From contig NZ_DAMAGA010000008.1 in NCBI RefSeq assembly GCF_031995545.1, positions 27,818 to 91,817 of the forward strand: a DNA stretch of 64,000 bases. The letters are read 5' to 3'. The first letter of the stretch is position 1; the number at the start of each line of letters is the position of its first letter. Of the stretch, positions 28,479 to 38,565 are shown piece by piece. Under the pieces are notes generated by a model. That model was not told the origin of the DNA, ran no database searches, and saw nothing but the letters and a program-made list of their open reading frames with translations. This DNA comes from Massilia sp. (GTDB lineage Bacteria > Pseudomonadota > Gammaproteobacteria > Burkholderiales > Burkholderiaceae_D). A program made the position numbers and the translations under genes.

Positions 28479-28594
28479 CACAGCCTCCTTGGTAAGAGTT
28501 GGATCGCCGGGACGCGGCGCCCCGGCCCTTGCAACAATACTAGCAAAAGTAATCCGACACGCTCGCACGGATTGTGCGAACGCCTGTCAAGCTA

Positions 28595-29212
28595 TCAACC
28601 CTTCCAGGTACGCTCCAGGCCCGTATCCGCATGGATCCAGCCGCCGCGCGGACCCGAGCGGTAATAGTAGCCGACGCCGCCGCCGCGGAAGCTGCGGATC
28701 AGGCCGCCAAGCACTTCCTCGTTCAGGTTGGCCAGGCGAATATCGGCCGCCTTGCCGACCATGTGCAGCGACTTGCGCGCGGCCGGGATGCCGGCTTCCT
28801 GCAGGCGCTTGTTCGAGGCCGGGGTGCGGTAGCCGGACAGGATCTCGACCGGCTGGTTCAGGCCGTAGCGCGCGATGAAGGCCTGGGTGCTCCACAGCAT
28901 CTCGAGCAGCTTGGGATCGATCGGCGCGGTCTCGCGGCCGTTGACGTCGCGCAGCAGGTGGCACAGTTGCTGGTAGGCCGACTCGATCACTTCGCCGTCC
29001 TTCCAGTACAGCAGGGTCGCTTTTTCGTTGCTTTGCGGCCGGGTGACGGTCAGCGTGCGCGGCTTGATCCAGAAGTCCAGATCCAGCGCTTGCGAATCGA
29101 ACAGGTCGGGTGGCGGCTGCAGCTCGGTGGCGGCGCCGATCAGGGGCGTGCCGAGTGCGCCGAGGGCGGCCAGGCGGGCGCCCTGATGAAGGAAATCTCT
29201 GCGTGAAGCCAT
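28595..29212 (-). CDS. DUF882/YcbK (MepK-like) peptidase M15 family protein with a Tat signal
   Basis: MASRRDFLHQGARLAALGALG twin-arginine leader. SGYRTP, SLHMVGKAADI and WIHADTG are zinc-ligand motifs. Confidence 0.88.
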   Translation of the reverse strand: MASRRDFLHQGARLAALGALGTPLIGAATELQPPPDLFDSQALDLDFWIKPRTLTVTRPQSNEKATLLYWKDGEVIESAYQQLCHLLRDVNGRETAPIDPKLLEMLWSTQAFIARYGLNQPVEILSGYRTPASNKRLQEAGIPAARKSLHMVGKAADIRLANLNEEVLGGLIRSFRGGGVGYYYRSGPRGGWIHADTGLERTWKG

Positions 29213-29315
29213 GGGGTTGCGGGTCCGGTTTATGCGATGCTCATCATTGCGATGGCGCTTACTATAGCTTATCGGAACGACACACGACAGCCGGTGTGTG
29301 TGCACCGCGACAACC

Positions 29316-29840
29316 TCAGTCACCGCAGTTGCAGAAACGCTTGCTGGCCTTGGGATCGCATACGCCGTCGAGGCGTTTCCACAACAGGTCGCATTCGAGG
29401 CCGAAGCAGGCCTTGTCCTTGCCCGCATTCATGAAACCGTGGCGCTCGAAGAAGGTGCTGGCGCCGGACGGGCTGTGCAGGCTGAGCTTGCCGATATTCC
29501 AGGCGCGCGCCTGTTCTTCCAGCGCGCTGAGCAATGCTCGGCCGACGCCGCAGCGCAGCGCTTCCGGCAGCACGTAGCACAGCGCCACCTTGCCGGCCTG
29601 GGTCAGCAGGGCCATGCCGACCATCCGCCCTTCGCTTTCGGCGACCAGGGCGTAGTTGATCGGGGACGAAAACCAGGCCAGCACCGTGGCCGGGGTCTTG
29701 TTGCCGAGCCAGGCATCAAGCACGGCAGGCTGATCGCGATGCTCGTCGCGGCAACCTTCCTCGATGGAGCGCCGCAGCAAGGCGCAGGCAGCCGGCGCGT
29801 CGTCGGGAAGCGCCCTGCGGATCTCAATACGCGTGGACAT
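29316..29840 (-). CDS. GNAT family N-acetyltransferase
   Basis: Internal ATG (MSTRIEIRRALPDDA). Acetyl-CoA loop LRCGVGRALLSALEE and C-terminal FFERHGF. Confidence 0.85.
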   Translation of the reverse strand: MSTRIEIRRALPDDAPAACALLRRSIEEGCRDEHRDQPAVLDAWLGNKTPATVLAWFSSPINYALVAESEGRMVGMALLTQAGKVALCYVLPEALRCGVGRALLSALEEQARAWNIGKLSLHSPSGASTFFERHGFMNAGKDKACFGLECDLLWKRLDGVCDPKASKRFCNCGD

Positions 29841-30057
29841 TACATCTCTACTCGAACAATACAGGGTGGACAACGGTGTCGACATTTTTTAGGGGGTGTC
29901 GCATGGCCTCGACTATACACCGAAAGCGCCCCGGCCCGCTCGGCAGCGCCCCAAGCGCGTGCTCTGAATAAGGATATGACGAAAGTATTGTTCCGTTTAT
30001 TTCTGAAATTTAGGAACATGCAAACTGTCATCACTCTTCGAGATAAGCGAGAACACC

Positions 30058-31074
30058 ATGCGCAACTCCCCTCACAGCTCCCTGCGCCGCGCGCTGCTGG
30101 TCCTGGCCATGGCCGCCGGCAGCACCCTGTCGGTGCAGGCCGCGGCCCAGACCGAACTGCTGAACGTGTCGTACGACGTGGCGCGCGAGCTGTACAAGGA
30201 CGTGAACCCCGCCTTTATCGCCGCCTATAAAGCGCAAACCGGCCAGACCGTGACCGTCAAGCAGTCGCACGGCGGCTCGAGCAAGCAGGCGCGCGCGGTG
30301 GCCGACGGCCTGGAAGCGTCGGTGGTAACCATGAACCAGGCCAACGACATCGACATGCTGGCCGACCGCGGCCTGGTGGCAAAGGACTGGGCCAAGAAGT
30401 TCCCGAACAATGCGGCGCCCTACTACTCGACCATGGTGTTCCTGGTGCGCAAGGGTAATCCGAAGCAGGTACGCGACTGGCAAGACCTGGCGCGCCAGGG
30501 CGTGCAGGTGATCATTCCGAATCCGAAGACCGCCGGCAATGGCCGCTACACCTACCTGGCCGCCTGGGGCTCGGTGATCAAGAAAGGCGGCAACGAAGCG
30601 CAGGCGCGCGAGCTGGTCGGCAAGATCTTCAAGAACGTGCCGATCCTGGACGGCGGCGGCCGCGCGGCTACCACCACCTTCACCCAGCGCCAGATCGGCG
30701 ACGTGCTGGTGACCTTTGAAAACGAAGTGAGCATGGTGCGTGCCGAATTCGGCAACGATTTCGAAGTCGTGTATCCGGCCACGTCGATCCTGGCCGAATC
30801 GCCGCTTGCCGTGGTGGATAAGGTGGTCGATCGCCGCAATCTGCGCAAGCCTGCCACCGCATATCTGAATTATCTGTATTCGCCGGCCGGCCAGGAATTC
30901 GGCGCCAAGCATTTCATGCGCGTGCGTAATGAAACCGTGATGAAGAAGTACGCGGCCAATTACAAACCGATCAGCCTGTTCACCGTGGACGAGGTATTCG
31001 GCGGCTGGCGCGCGGCACAGAAACGCCACTTCGACGATGGCGGCGAATTCGACAAGATCTATCAGGCCAAATAA
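30058..31074 (+). CDS. sbp: Sulfate/thiosulfate ABC transporter periplasmic binding protein
   Basis: Signal peptide, LLNVSYDVARELY, SHGGSSKQARAV, IPNPKTAGNGRYTYLAAWG. 338 aa. Confidence 0.93.
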   Translation: MRNSPHSSLRRALLVLAMAAGSTLSVQAAAQTELLNVSYDVARELYKDVNPAFIAAYKAQTGQTVTVKQSHGGSSKQARAVADGLEASVVTMNQANDIDMLADRGLVAKDWAKKFPNNAAPYYSTMVFLVRKGNPKQVRDWQDLARQGVQVIIPNPKTAGNGRYTYLAAWGSVIKKGGNEAQARELVGKIFKNVPILDGGGRAATTTFTQRQIGDVLVTFENEVSMVRAEFGNDFEVVYPATSILAESPLAVVDKVVDRRNLRKPATAYLNYLYSPAGQEFGAKHFMRVRNETVMKKYAANYKPISLFTVDEVFGGWRAAQKRHFDDGGEFDKIYQAK

Positions 31075-31117
31075 ATGTTGAACAGCTAAATGCTTGATCG
31101 ATAAGCACTGTATATAT

Positions 31118-31150
31118 AAACAGCCCCGCCATCTGCGGGGCTGTTTTTAT
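31118..31150 (+). terminator. Rho-independent terminator after sbp
   Basis: aaacagccccgc-catct-gcggggctgttttt. Confidence 0.75.
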
Positions 31151-31412
31151 TCATGGGGTAGCTCATCCATTATCGCGGAGCCGAAACCATTGGGCTTACT
31201 CATTAATTATTTCATTCGATAAATTCATTCCGCCAAGCTGTCACATTCCCGTAAAAAATTCTTCTGCTTTTAGGTAATTTTCTTGTGCGCCATAGACATG
31301 CACAGCTTATAGATGCTATCTTCCAATTCTCTGTAGTTGCTCTACAGATAGATGTTGAAAGCGCCGCCCGGCGCCCGTGACGCTCAACCTCCACCGAATT
31401 CCAGACCGCCAA

Positions 31413-32369
31413 ATGATCAAGAAATTGTTCGCCACCGCGCTGATGTCGTTCTCGGCCGCTGCATTCGCAGTGCCGTTCGGCTCCCAGTCGGTGCTCGTAG
31501 TAGACGATGAGACCGGCAAGGTACTCATCGAAAAGAATGCCGACACCGTGGTGCCGATCGCCTCGCTGACCAAGCTGATGACGGCAATGGTCGTGCTCGA
31601 CGCCAAGCTCGACATGGACGAGCAGATCGAGATCGACCGCAGCGACGTCGACACCGTCAAGTTCAGCAGCTCGCGCGTGCCGGTCGGCGCCAGCATCGCG
31701 CGCCGCGACGTGCTGCACCTGGCCCTGATGTCTTCGGACAACCGCGCCGCTGCCGCGCTGGCCCGCACCTACCCGGGCGGCAAGGAAGGCTTCAAGGCCG
31801 CCGTGCGCCGCAAGATCCACGCGCTGGGCATGACCCAGACCTCGATCGAAGAACCGACCGGCCTGTCGCCGCACAACCGCTCGACCGCGGTCGACCTGGT
31901 CAAGATGGCCACCGCCTCGACCAAGTATCCCGAGATCGTGCGCATGACCACCGAAACCCGCGACATCATCGACATCAACGGCCGCGGCGTCGAATACCGC
32001 AACACCAACCGCCTGGTCGGCGCCAAGGGCTGGGACGTCGGCCTGTCGAAGACCGGTTTCACCAACGAAGCGGGCCGCTGCCTGATCATGAACATCAAGG
32101 CCGCCGGCAAGAACGCGACCCTGGTGCTGCTCAACGCCGGCGCCTCGTCGGCGCGCATCATGGATGCGCTCAATATCCGCCGCTTCATCGCCGGTGACGA
32201 ACCGGTCGCCCGCGTGGCGCGCGCCGCCACCGGTGGCTCGCTGATCAAGGCCAGTGCCGGCCGTTCGAAGTCCAAGGCCAGTGCACGCGCCAAGGCGGGA
32301 GCCAAGGCCAAGGCGGTCAGCAAGCGCAAGCAGGCGAAGGTCAAGACGACGCGCAAGCGCCGCGACTAA
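31413..32369 (+). CDS. D-alanyl-D-alanine endopeptidase/carboxypeptidase (peptidase S11, PbpG-like) with a Lys/Ala-rich tail
   Basis: Internal ATG (MIKKLFATALMSFSAAAFA). SxxK ASLTKLMT, SxN MSSDNRAA, KTG SKTGFTNEAG. The last ~45 aa are KAKAGAKAKAVSKRKQAKVKTTRKRRD-like. Confidence 0.88.
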   Translation: MIKKLFATALMSFSAAAFAVPFGSQSVLVVDDETGKVLIEKNADTVVPIASLTKLMTAMVVLDAKLDMDEQIEIDRSDVDTVKFSSSRVPVGASIARRDVLHLALMSSDNRAAAALARTYPGGKEGFKAAVRRKIHALGMTQTSIEEPTGLSPHNRSTAVDLVKMATASTKYPEIVRMTTETRDIIDINGRGVEYRNTNRLVGAKGWDVGLSKTGFTNEAGRCLIMNIKAAGKNATLVLLNAGASSARIMDALNIRRFIAGDEPVARVARAATGGSLIKASAGRSKSKASARAKAGAKAKAVSKRKQAKVKTTRKRRD

Positions 32370-32382
32370 AGCACACCGCGTT

Positions 32383-32970
32383 TCAACGCGAGGGGCCTGT
32401 CAGGGCCCTTTTTGTTTTGTGGGCGTCCGACGATTGCGGCTCGCGCAAGCATTTGGGATCGAAATTCACGCGGCCGACGTCGCCCGCGGCCCAGGTGCGC
32501 AGCTCGCGCAAGAAGCCGCGGGTTCCGATCACCGGCATCGATGATCCATATCGCCTGCCGCCCGTGGCGCCCTTGCGATCACGCCAGCCGTCGATGGCAC
32601 CATCGGTAGCGGAATCGTCGTCGAAGGTATAGCGCAGTATGGAGCCATCGTCCATGTGCAGCTCGACGGCGTTGCGCAGGGAGGCGCGGGAGAAGCCGCT
32701 CGATGAACTGTGGAGCAGATGGCGCTCCATGATATCCACCAGCGCGGCCTGGCGGTCGGGGCGGAACGACGTACCGAAGCGGCATGCGAACGTCTCCAGC
32801 CTGGCGTAGGTCAGCGGCATCGAGAAGCGCAATCCGGGCGGTGTCAGCAGCACCGTCACACGCGTAACTCGCGCCGCATCGGGCACGGGCGGCTCCGGCC
32901 AGCTGGCGCTTGCCGCGTGGACGAACCCGACACCGAGCAGACCGCCGACCAGCCATTGCACCGTCTTCAT
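32383..32970 (-). CDS. Hypothetical secreted protein, distal gene of the recCBD transcription unit
   Basis: ATG 32970 preceded by aggaga, 9 nt after the recD stop. Signal peptide MKTVQWLVGGLLGVGFVHAASA. No family motif recognised. Confidence 0.5.
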   Translation of the reverse strand: MKTVQWLVGGLLGVGFVHAASASWPEPPVPDAARVTRVTVLLTPPGLRFSMPLTYARLETFACRFGTSFRPDRQAALVDIMERHLLHSSSSGFSRASLRNAVELHMDDGSILRYTFDDDSATDGAIDGWRDRKGATGGRRYGSSMPVIGTRGFLRELRTWAAGDVGRVNFDPKCLREPQSSDAHKTKRALTGPSR

Positions 32971-32979
32971 GGCATTCTC

Positions 32980-34914
32980 CTATCCGATCAGTTCCCGCAA
33001 TCCACTGGTGCGGTGTGTGCGGCGCGCGATTGCGTCGAACAGCACGTCGCCGGCCGGCGTCACCAGCGTGAACATCTGGCTGGCGCGCGTGATGCCGGTG
33101 TAGACCAGCTCGCGCGTCAGGATCGCATTGCGCTCGCGCGGCAGCGCCAGCACGGTGTGGCGGAACTCCGAACCCTGCGACTTGTGCACGGTCATCGCGA
33201 ACGCCGTCTCCACATTGCGCAGGCGCGTGGCCAGCACGCTGCGCACCTTGTCGCCTTCCAGGAAGTAGACGCGCAGCGCACCGGCACGCGCCGGATCGGG
33301 CAGCGTGACGCCGATGTCGCCGTTGAACACCGAGGTGGCGTAGTCGTTGCGGGTCACCATCACCGGCCGCCCCACGTACCACTCGCCGCTGCGGCGCAGC
33401 AGGCGCACCGACTCCAGGCGCTTTTCGATCGCCTCGTTCAGCCCCGCCACGCCCCACTCGCCGTCGCGCACCGCGCACAGGATGCGGAAGGCTTCGAAGC
33501 GCTGCAGCACACCGCGCACCCACTCCTCGTGGTCGCCCTGCTCGCCTGCGTGCAGATGCTCGAGATACGGCGCGTAGCCGTTCTGCGCCAGCTGCAGCAA
33601 CTGGGCCTGCTGCGCATGCTCGATCCAGCGCACGCTGTCCTCGCCCGCGCGCAGCACCGCCTCGGAGCGCTCGGCATCGCCATCGTTCACGGCCAGCGCC
33701 AGCTGCCCTATAGGCCCCCCGAAGCGGCGGCTGTGGCGCAGCATCACGGTCTGCTGCGCCAGCGGACCGCCGGCGCCGCCATATCTTTCCGGAATCGTTT
33801 CGCCGCTAGCCGCCGCCACATAGGCCAGCGTGTCGGCGTCGTAGTTGCCGTCGTGCGCGTCGTGGCACAGGTCACCCAGCACCGCGCCCGCCTCCACCGA
33901 CGCCAGCTGGTCCTTGTCGCCCAGCAGGATCAGCGTCGCACCGGGCGGCAGCGCATCGAGCAGGCTGGCCATCATTTCCAGGTGCACCATCGAGGCTTCA
34001 TCGACGATCAGCACGTCGACGTCGAGCGGATTGCCGCGGTGGTGGGCGAAAGCGCGGCTGTCGGGCCGCGCGCCCAGCAGGCTGTGAAGCGTGCGCGCCG
34101 CGCCCATGCGGCCGGTCAACTCGCGCAGCGGCAGCCGGTCACCGACGCGCTCGGCCAGGTCGCCCAGCGCCTTGTCGATCGACTGCTTCAGGCGCGCGGC
34201 CGCCTTGCCGGTGGGCGCGGCCAGTGCCACGCGCTGGCGCCCAGCTTCCGGTGCGGTCGCGAACAGCAGCGCCAGCAGGCGCGCCACGGTGTAGGTCTTG
34301 CCGGTGCCGGGGCCGCCGGTGATGATCGCCACCGCGCCGCGCAAAGCGATGGCGCAGGCCAGCTTTTGCCAGTCCGGTGCTTGCATATCTGCTTGCGGTG
34401 GGAAGAGGGTATCGAGCCAGCCGCGCACCGCCGCCACATCCACCGGCAGCGCGGCTTCGGCACGTTCGCGCACGGCGCGCGCCACCTGCGTCTCGTCGCG
34501 CCAGTAGCGGCGCAGGTACAGGCGCTCGCCGTCCAGCACCAGCGGCTGGTCGTAGTCAAACGATTCGCGGTCCCACACCTGCTCGCAGCCGGCCAGCAAC
34601 GTCTGCCAGCCCTTGACGCCTTTCGGCAGCGGTGCGGCGGTGGCGGCCAGCGCGCGCCACTGCTCGTCGCTCCAGCCCAGCAAGGGTGCCAGGCCCGGGC
34701 CGGGATCGGCCAGGTCGGCCAGCTGGATGCAGCTGTGGCCATGGCCTTCCAGCTCGGACAGCACGGCCGCGGCCAGCACCAGCGGCGGCGGCGCGCTGCC
34801 CAATGAGGCGATGAAGCGCGCGAACGCATTCGACAGGCGGCGCAGTTCGCCGGCCTCGGTCAGGGCGCCGATTTCGTCCCACAAAGCGGCAATGTTCGCA
34901 CTAGTCTTGGCCAT
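32980..34914 (-). CDS. recD: Exodeoxyribonuclease V subunit alpha
   Basis: Internal ATG 34914 (MAKTSANIAAL), overlapping the recB stop by 14 nt. Walker A ITGGPGTGKTYTV, LIVDEASMV, LLGDKDQLASV, C-terminal AMTVHKSQGSEF. Confidence 0.92.
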   Translation of the reverse strand: MAKTSANIAALWDEIGALTEAGELRRLSNAFARFIASLGSAPPPLVLAAAVLSELEGHGHSCIQLADLADPGPGLAPLLGWSDEQWRALAATAAPLPKGVKGWQTLLAGCEQVWDRESFDYDQPLVLDGERLYLRRYWRDETQVARAVRERAEAALPVDVAAVRGWLDTLFPPQADMQAPDWQKLACAIALRGAVAIITGGPGTGKTYTVARLLALLFATAPEAGRQRVALAAPTGKAAARLKQSIDKALGDLAERVGDRLPLRELTGRMGAARTLHSLLGARPDSRAFAHHRGNPLDVDVLIVDEASMVHLEMMASLLDALPPGATLILLGDKDQLASVEAGAVLGDLCHDAHDGNYDADTLAYVAAASGETIPERYGGAGGPLAQQTVMLRHSRRFGGPIGQLALAVNDGDAERSEAVLRAGEDSVRWIEHAQQAQLLQLAQNGYAPYLEHLHAGEQGDHEEWVRGVLQRFEAFRILCAVRDGEWGVAGLNEAIEKRLESVRLLRRSGEWYVGRPVMVTRNDYATSVFNGDIGVTLPDPARAGALRVYFLEGDKVRSVLATRLRNVETAFAMTVHKSQGSEFRHTVLALPRERNAILTRELVYTGITRASQMFTLVTPAGDVLFDAIARRTHRTSGLRELIG

Positions 34915-37900
34915 CGTCGTTGTCCAGCAGTCGTTCCAGTTGATCCAGCAGTTCCATGTCCGGCGCCAGCACGCAGCAGCCGTGCGTCTCGGTGTTCGCG
35001 ATCCCGCGCAGGAACAGGAACAGCGCCCCGCCCAGCTGGTACTCGGGTTCGTAGGCGTCGCCCAGGCGCGCGCGCAGCAGGCGGTGCAGCGCCAGCATGT
35101 AGATCGTGCCCTGGATGTCGTAGCGGTGGCCGGCCATGCCGGCGTCCATCGCCAGGCGCGTGTAAGCGTCGTCGCCGGTGCCCAGCGCATTCGACTTGTA
35201 GTCCAGCACCCAGTAGCGGCCGTCGACCTCGAACACCAAGTCGGCGAAGCCCTTCAGCATGCCGTGCAGCGTCTTCTCGGGCAGCGTCGGCCGCTCGATC
35301 GCGCCCAGCAGGTGGGTGCGGCATAATTCATCGAGCTTGGGCAGCTTGAGGCGCTCGCTTGGGAACCAGAATTCCATCTCGGGCAGCACGCCGCGCAGGC
35401 CGTTCAGGGCCAGGCCGAGCGGCGGCAGCGGCGTCTCGACGATCGCGTGCAGCCAGGCCAGCGCATCGTCCATGCGATGGCCCCAGCCGGCGCGCTCGAT
35501 GCGCTGTGCCAGGCGAGGTTCGCAGGTCGGATCCTGCAGGCAGTCGAAGCCTTCGCGCGCCAGCCATTCGAGCTGCTCGTGCAGGAAGTTGCCCGGCACC
35601 GAACCGCGCGGGAAGCGGTGCCATGGCGCGTCCTCGATGCGCGGCGGTGTCACCACCTGCGGGGCTTCCTCCATCAGCGTCTGCTCCTGCGCCCGCATCG
35701 GCGCCGGCGGCGCCACCGCATGGCGGGTCAGCGACGTGAACGAGCCCACCGCCCAGTCGCGCTCGAAGTCGGCATGATAGCTCGGCGCATCCAGCAGGTC
35801 GGGACGCGCATCGTGGCGTGCCAGTAATGTGACGCCTTCGGGCGGATCGAGTTCATGCAGCGCGATCCCTTCGACACCGCCACGCAGGCGCTCGAAGTGG
35901 TCGCGCAGCGCGTCGGCGGCGATGGCGCCGCCCCCGCCCAGCAGATAGCCGAGCGCCGACTCGTGCAGCCGGTTTTCTCCCTTGCGCCCGGCCGCCACCG
36001 CCGCCGCGCCCAGCCACAGAAAGTGGCGCGCGCGCGTCAGCGCCACGTACAGCAGGCGCAGGTCTTCCTCGATGCGGGCGCGATCGACCGCGTCGAGTGC
36101 GTCGTCGGACAGCGCCAGATCCAGGTGGCGTTCGCCCTCCAGGTCCACATACTCGAAGAAGGCGCGGTTGCGGCGGTCGGTGCGGCGCGCGGTGACCGCG
36201 AACGGCAGGTACACCAGCGGATACTCCAGGCCTTTCGACTTGTGCACCGTGACCACCTTCACCAGTTCGGCGTCGCTCTCCAGGCGCAGCACGCGCTCGT
36301 CGCCGCCCGAGCCGAGGCCCTCGATCTGTTCAGCGAACCAGCGCGTCAGCGCCTGCTCGCCTTCCAGCTGGGCGCTGGCTTCCTGCAGCAGTTCGGCCAG
36401 GTGCAGCAGATTGGTCAGGCGCCGCTCGCCGCCCGGCTCGCGCAGCAGGCGCGCGGGCAGGCCGAGCTGGTGGATGAAGCTGCGCAGCATGGCCAGCACG
36501 CCGCGCCGCTGCCAGATGCCGTGCAGCGTTTTGAGCATCTCGACGCGCGCTTCCCATGCCAGCTCGTCGTGCGAAAAGCGCGCCAGTTCGGCCAGGCCCA
36601 GGCCTGCGGTGCGGGTGGCGAAGGCCGCGCGTGCCAGCGCGCCGTCGAGCGGATTGGCGACCGCGTACAGCCAGCGCAGCACGTCGGCCGCTTCTTCGCT
36701 TTCGACCACCGAATCCTTGTCCGACAGGTAGACGCTCGGGACCTTGCGCCGCGCCAGCGCGCGGCGGATGGCGGCGGCTTCGCGCCGGTCGCGCACCAGG
36801 ACCGCGATATCGGCCGGCATCAGGCGCGTGAACCGCTCCTGCCCGTCGTCGTCCTCTTCCTTGAAGCCCACGCGCTCGTCGTTCAGCATCTGCACAATGT
36901 GCTCGGCGCAGTGCTGGGCGAAGAAGTCGCGGTAATCGTCGGCCTTCAAGTCGTCGCGGCAGGTGGTGCAGACCGCCAGCGCCTGCAGCTCGCCGTCGAC
37001 GCCGACCAATTGCTTGCTGTGGCCCTTGGCATCGACCGCGTCGAACGGCAAGGGATTATCGTCACCGCGGCGGAAACGGAATGCGCCGGCGCTGTAGCCG
37101 CTGCCGTTGGCCTCCGTCTCGGCGTGCAGGAACAGCTGGTTGACCGCTTCCACCAGCGCCGCCGTCGAGCGGTAGTTGGTGCCGAGCTGGTAGTGGCGGC
37201 CGGTGGTGGCGCGGCGTGCCGACAAATAGCTGTGGATGTCGGCACCGCGGAAGCCGTAGATCGACTGCTTGGGGTCGCCGATCAGGAACAGGCCTTGTTG
37301 CGGATCGTTGTCGGCCACACGGTACAGCAGGTCGAAGATGCGGTACTGGTCGGGCGAGGTGTCCTGGAATTCATCGACCATCGCCACTGGGTACTGTTCG
37401 ACGATGCGCTGGCGCAGCGCGGCGCCGTTCTCGCCTTCCAGCGCAGCTTTCAGGCGCTCGAGCATGTCGGCGAAGCCGAACTGGCGGTTGCGGCGCTTCA
37501 GTTCCTGCATGCGCGCGCCGATATGGCCGGCGGCATGACGCAGCAGCGCGTGCGCGATCGGATCGATTGCCCCCAAGGCTTCCTGCAGTGCGGCGGTGGC
37601 ATCGAAATGCTCCGGCACCTCGGTCGAGAAATTCTTGCTGAATGCGTCCTCGATGCCGCCCGGGGTCAGGCGGCGCCAGGCGGTGTCGTTCAGGTCCGGC
37701 ATGTGCAGGTCCGGGTTAGCGGCCCAGGCGCGCAGCGCGTCGAACCACTTGACCAGCGAATCGGGCCGCATCTTGGTGCCGTTGAAGCACTTCGGGTCGC
37801 GCCCGCGATGCTCGGCGATCCAGCGCTCCATCGCATCGGCGCGTTCGCTCCAGCCCTGCTTCAGGCGGCCCAGCTCTTCGCGCTGGGCGCGCGTCATGCG

Positions 37901-38563
37901 CGCCACCAGCTGCCCCAGCGGCTCGTGCGGCACCTCGCCAAGCAACGGAGCGCGATGCACCAGGTCGCGCACGCCGCGCTTCATCGCCTCGACGTCGCTC
38001 CAGGTGCCCAGCACCGCGTCCAGTGCATCGGCGCCGAGCGGGTACACGTGCTGGCGCCAGTAGTCGTGCGCCGCGTCCTCGAACAGCAATCGCTCGTCGC
38101 TGACCAGCTCCTCGTCGAACAGGCTGCCGCTATCGAACGCGTGCTCGCGCAGCATGCGCTGGCACCAGGCGTCGATGGTGAAGATCGCCGCTTCGTCCAT
38201 CGTTTCGGCGGCCAGCATCAGGCGGTGCGCGGCGATGCTTCTTTCGCTTCCTTCGGCGTAGGATTCGGCCAATTTCTCCAGGTAGGCGTCGTCCAGTTCC
38301 AGCTCGCCGCGGAAGTAGGCGGCAGCCTGCACCAACCGCTCGCGCACGCGGTTGGCCAGTTCGCGCGTGGCGGCGCGGGTGAAGGTCATCACCAGGATCT
38401 CGGACGGCAGCAGCGGGCGCACGAAAGCGTCATCGCCGCCATGGCCCAGCACCAGGCGCACGTACAGCGCGGCGATGGTCCAGGTCTTGCCGGTGCCGGC
38501 CGAGGCTTCGATCAGGCGCGAGCCGTGCAGGGGAAGAACGAGTGGGTCGAGCTTCTGGCTCAT
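34901..38563 (-). CDS. recB: Exodeoxyribonuclease V subunit beta
   Basis: Internal ATG 38563 (MSQKLDPLVLPLHGSRLIEASAGTGKTWTIA). VDEFQDT, GDPKQSIYGFRGA, C-terminal nuclease VLDYKSN. Confidence 0.93.
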   Translation of the reverse strand: MSQKLDPLVLPLHGSRLIEASAGTGKTWTIAALYVRLVLGHGGDDAFVRPLLPSEILVMTFTRAATRELANRVRERLVQAAAYFRGELELDDAYLEKLAESYAEGSERSIAAHRLMLAAETMDEAAIFTIDAWCQRMLREHAFDSGSLFDEELVSDERLLFEDAAHDYWRQHVYPLGADALDAVLGTWSDVEAMKRGVRDLVHRAPLLGEVPHEPLGQLVARMTRAQREELGRLKQGWSERADAMERWIAEHRGRDPKCFNGTKMRPDSLVKWFDALRAWAANPDLHMPDLNDTAWRRLTPGGIEDAFSKNFSTEVPEHFDATAALQEALGAIDPIAHALLRHAAGHIGARMQELKRRNRQFGFADMLERLKAALEGENGAALRQRIVEQYPVAMVDEFQDTSPDQYRIFDLLYRVADNDPQQGLFLIGDPKQSIYGFRGADIHSYLSARRATTGRHYQLGTNYRSTAALVEAVNQLFLHAETEANGSGYSAGAFRFRRGDDNPLPFDAVDAKGHSKQLVGVDGELQALAVCTTCRDDLKADDYRDFFAQHCAEHIVQMLNDERVGFKEEDDDGQERFTRLMPADIAVLVRDRREAAAIRRALARRKVPSVYLSDKDSVVESEEAADVLRWLYAVANPLDGALARAAFATRTAGLGLAELARFSHDELAWEARVEMLKTLHGIWQRRGVLAMLRSFIHQLGLPARLLREPGGERRLTNLLHLAELLQEASAQLEGEQALTRWFAEQIEGLGSGGDERVLRLESDAELVKVVTVHKSKGLEYPLVYLPFAVTARRTDRRNRAFFEYVDLEGERHLDLALSDDALDAVDRARIEEDLRLLYVALTRARHFLWLGAAAVAAGRKGENRLHESALGYLLGGGGAIAADALRDHFERLRGGVEGIALHELDPPEGVTLLARHDARPDLLDAPSYHADFERDWAVGSFTSLTRHAVAPPAPMRAQEQTLMEEAPQVVTPPRIEDAPWHRFPRGSVPGNFLHEQLEWLAREGFDCLQDPTCEPRLAQRIERAGWGHRMDDALAWLHAIVETPLPPLGLALNGLRGVLPEMEFWFPSERLKLPKLDELCRTHLLGAIERPTLPEKTLHGMLKGFADLVFEVDGRYWVLDYKSNALGTGDDAYTRLAMDAGMAGHRYDIQGTIYMLALHRLLRARLGDAYEPEYQLGGALFLFLRGIANTETHGCCVLAPDMELLDQLERLLDNDDGQD

Positions 38564-38565
38564 GC

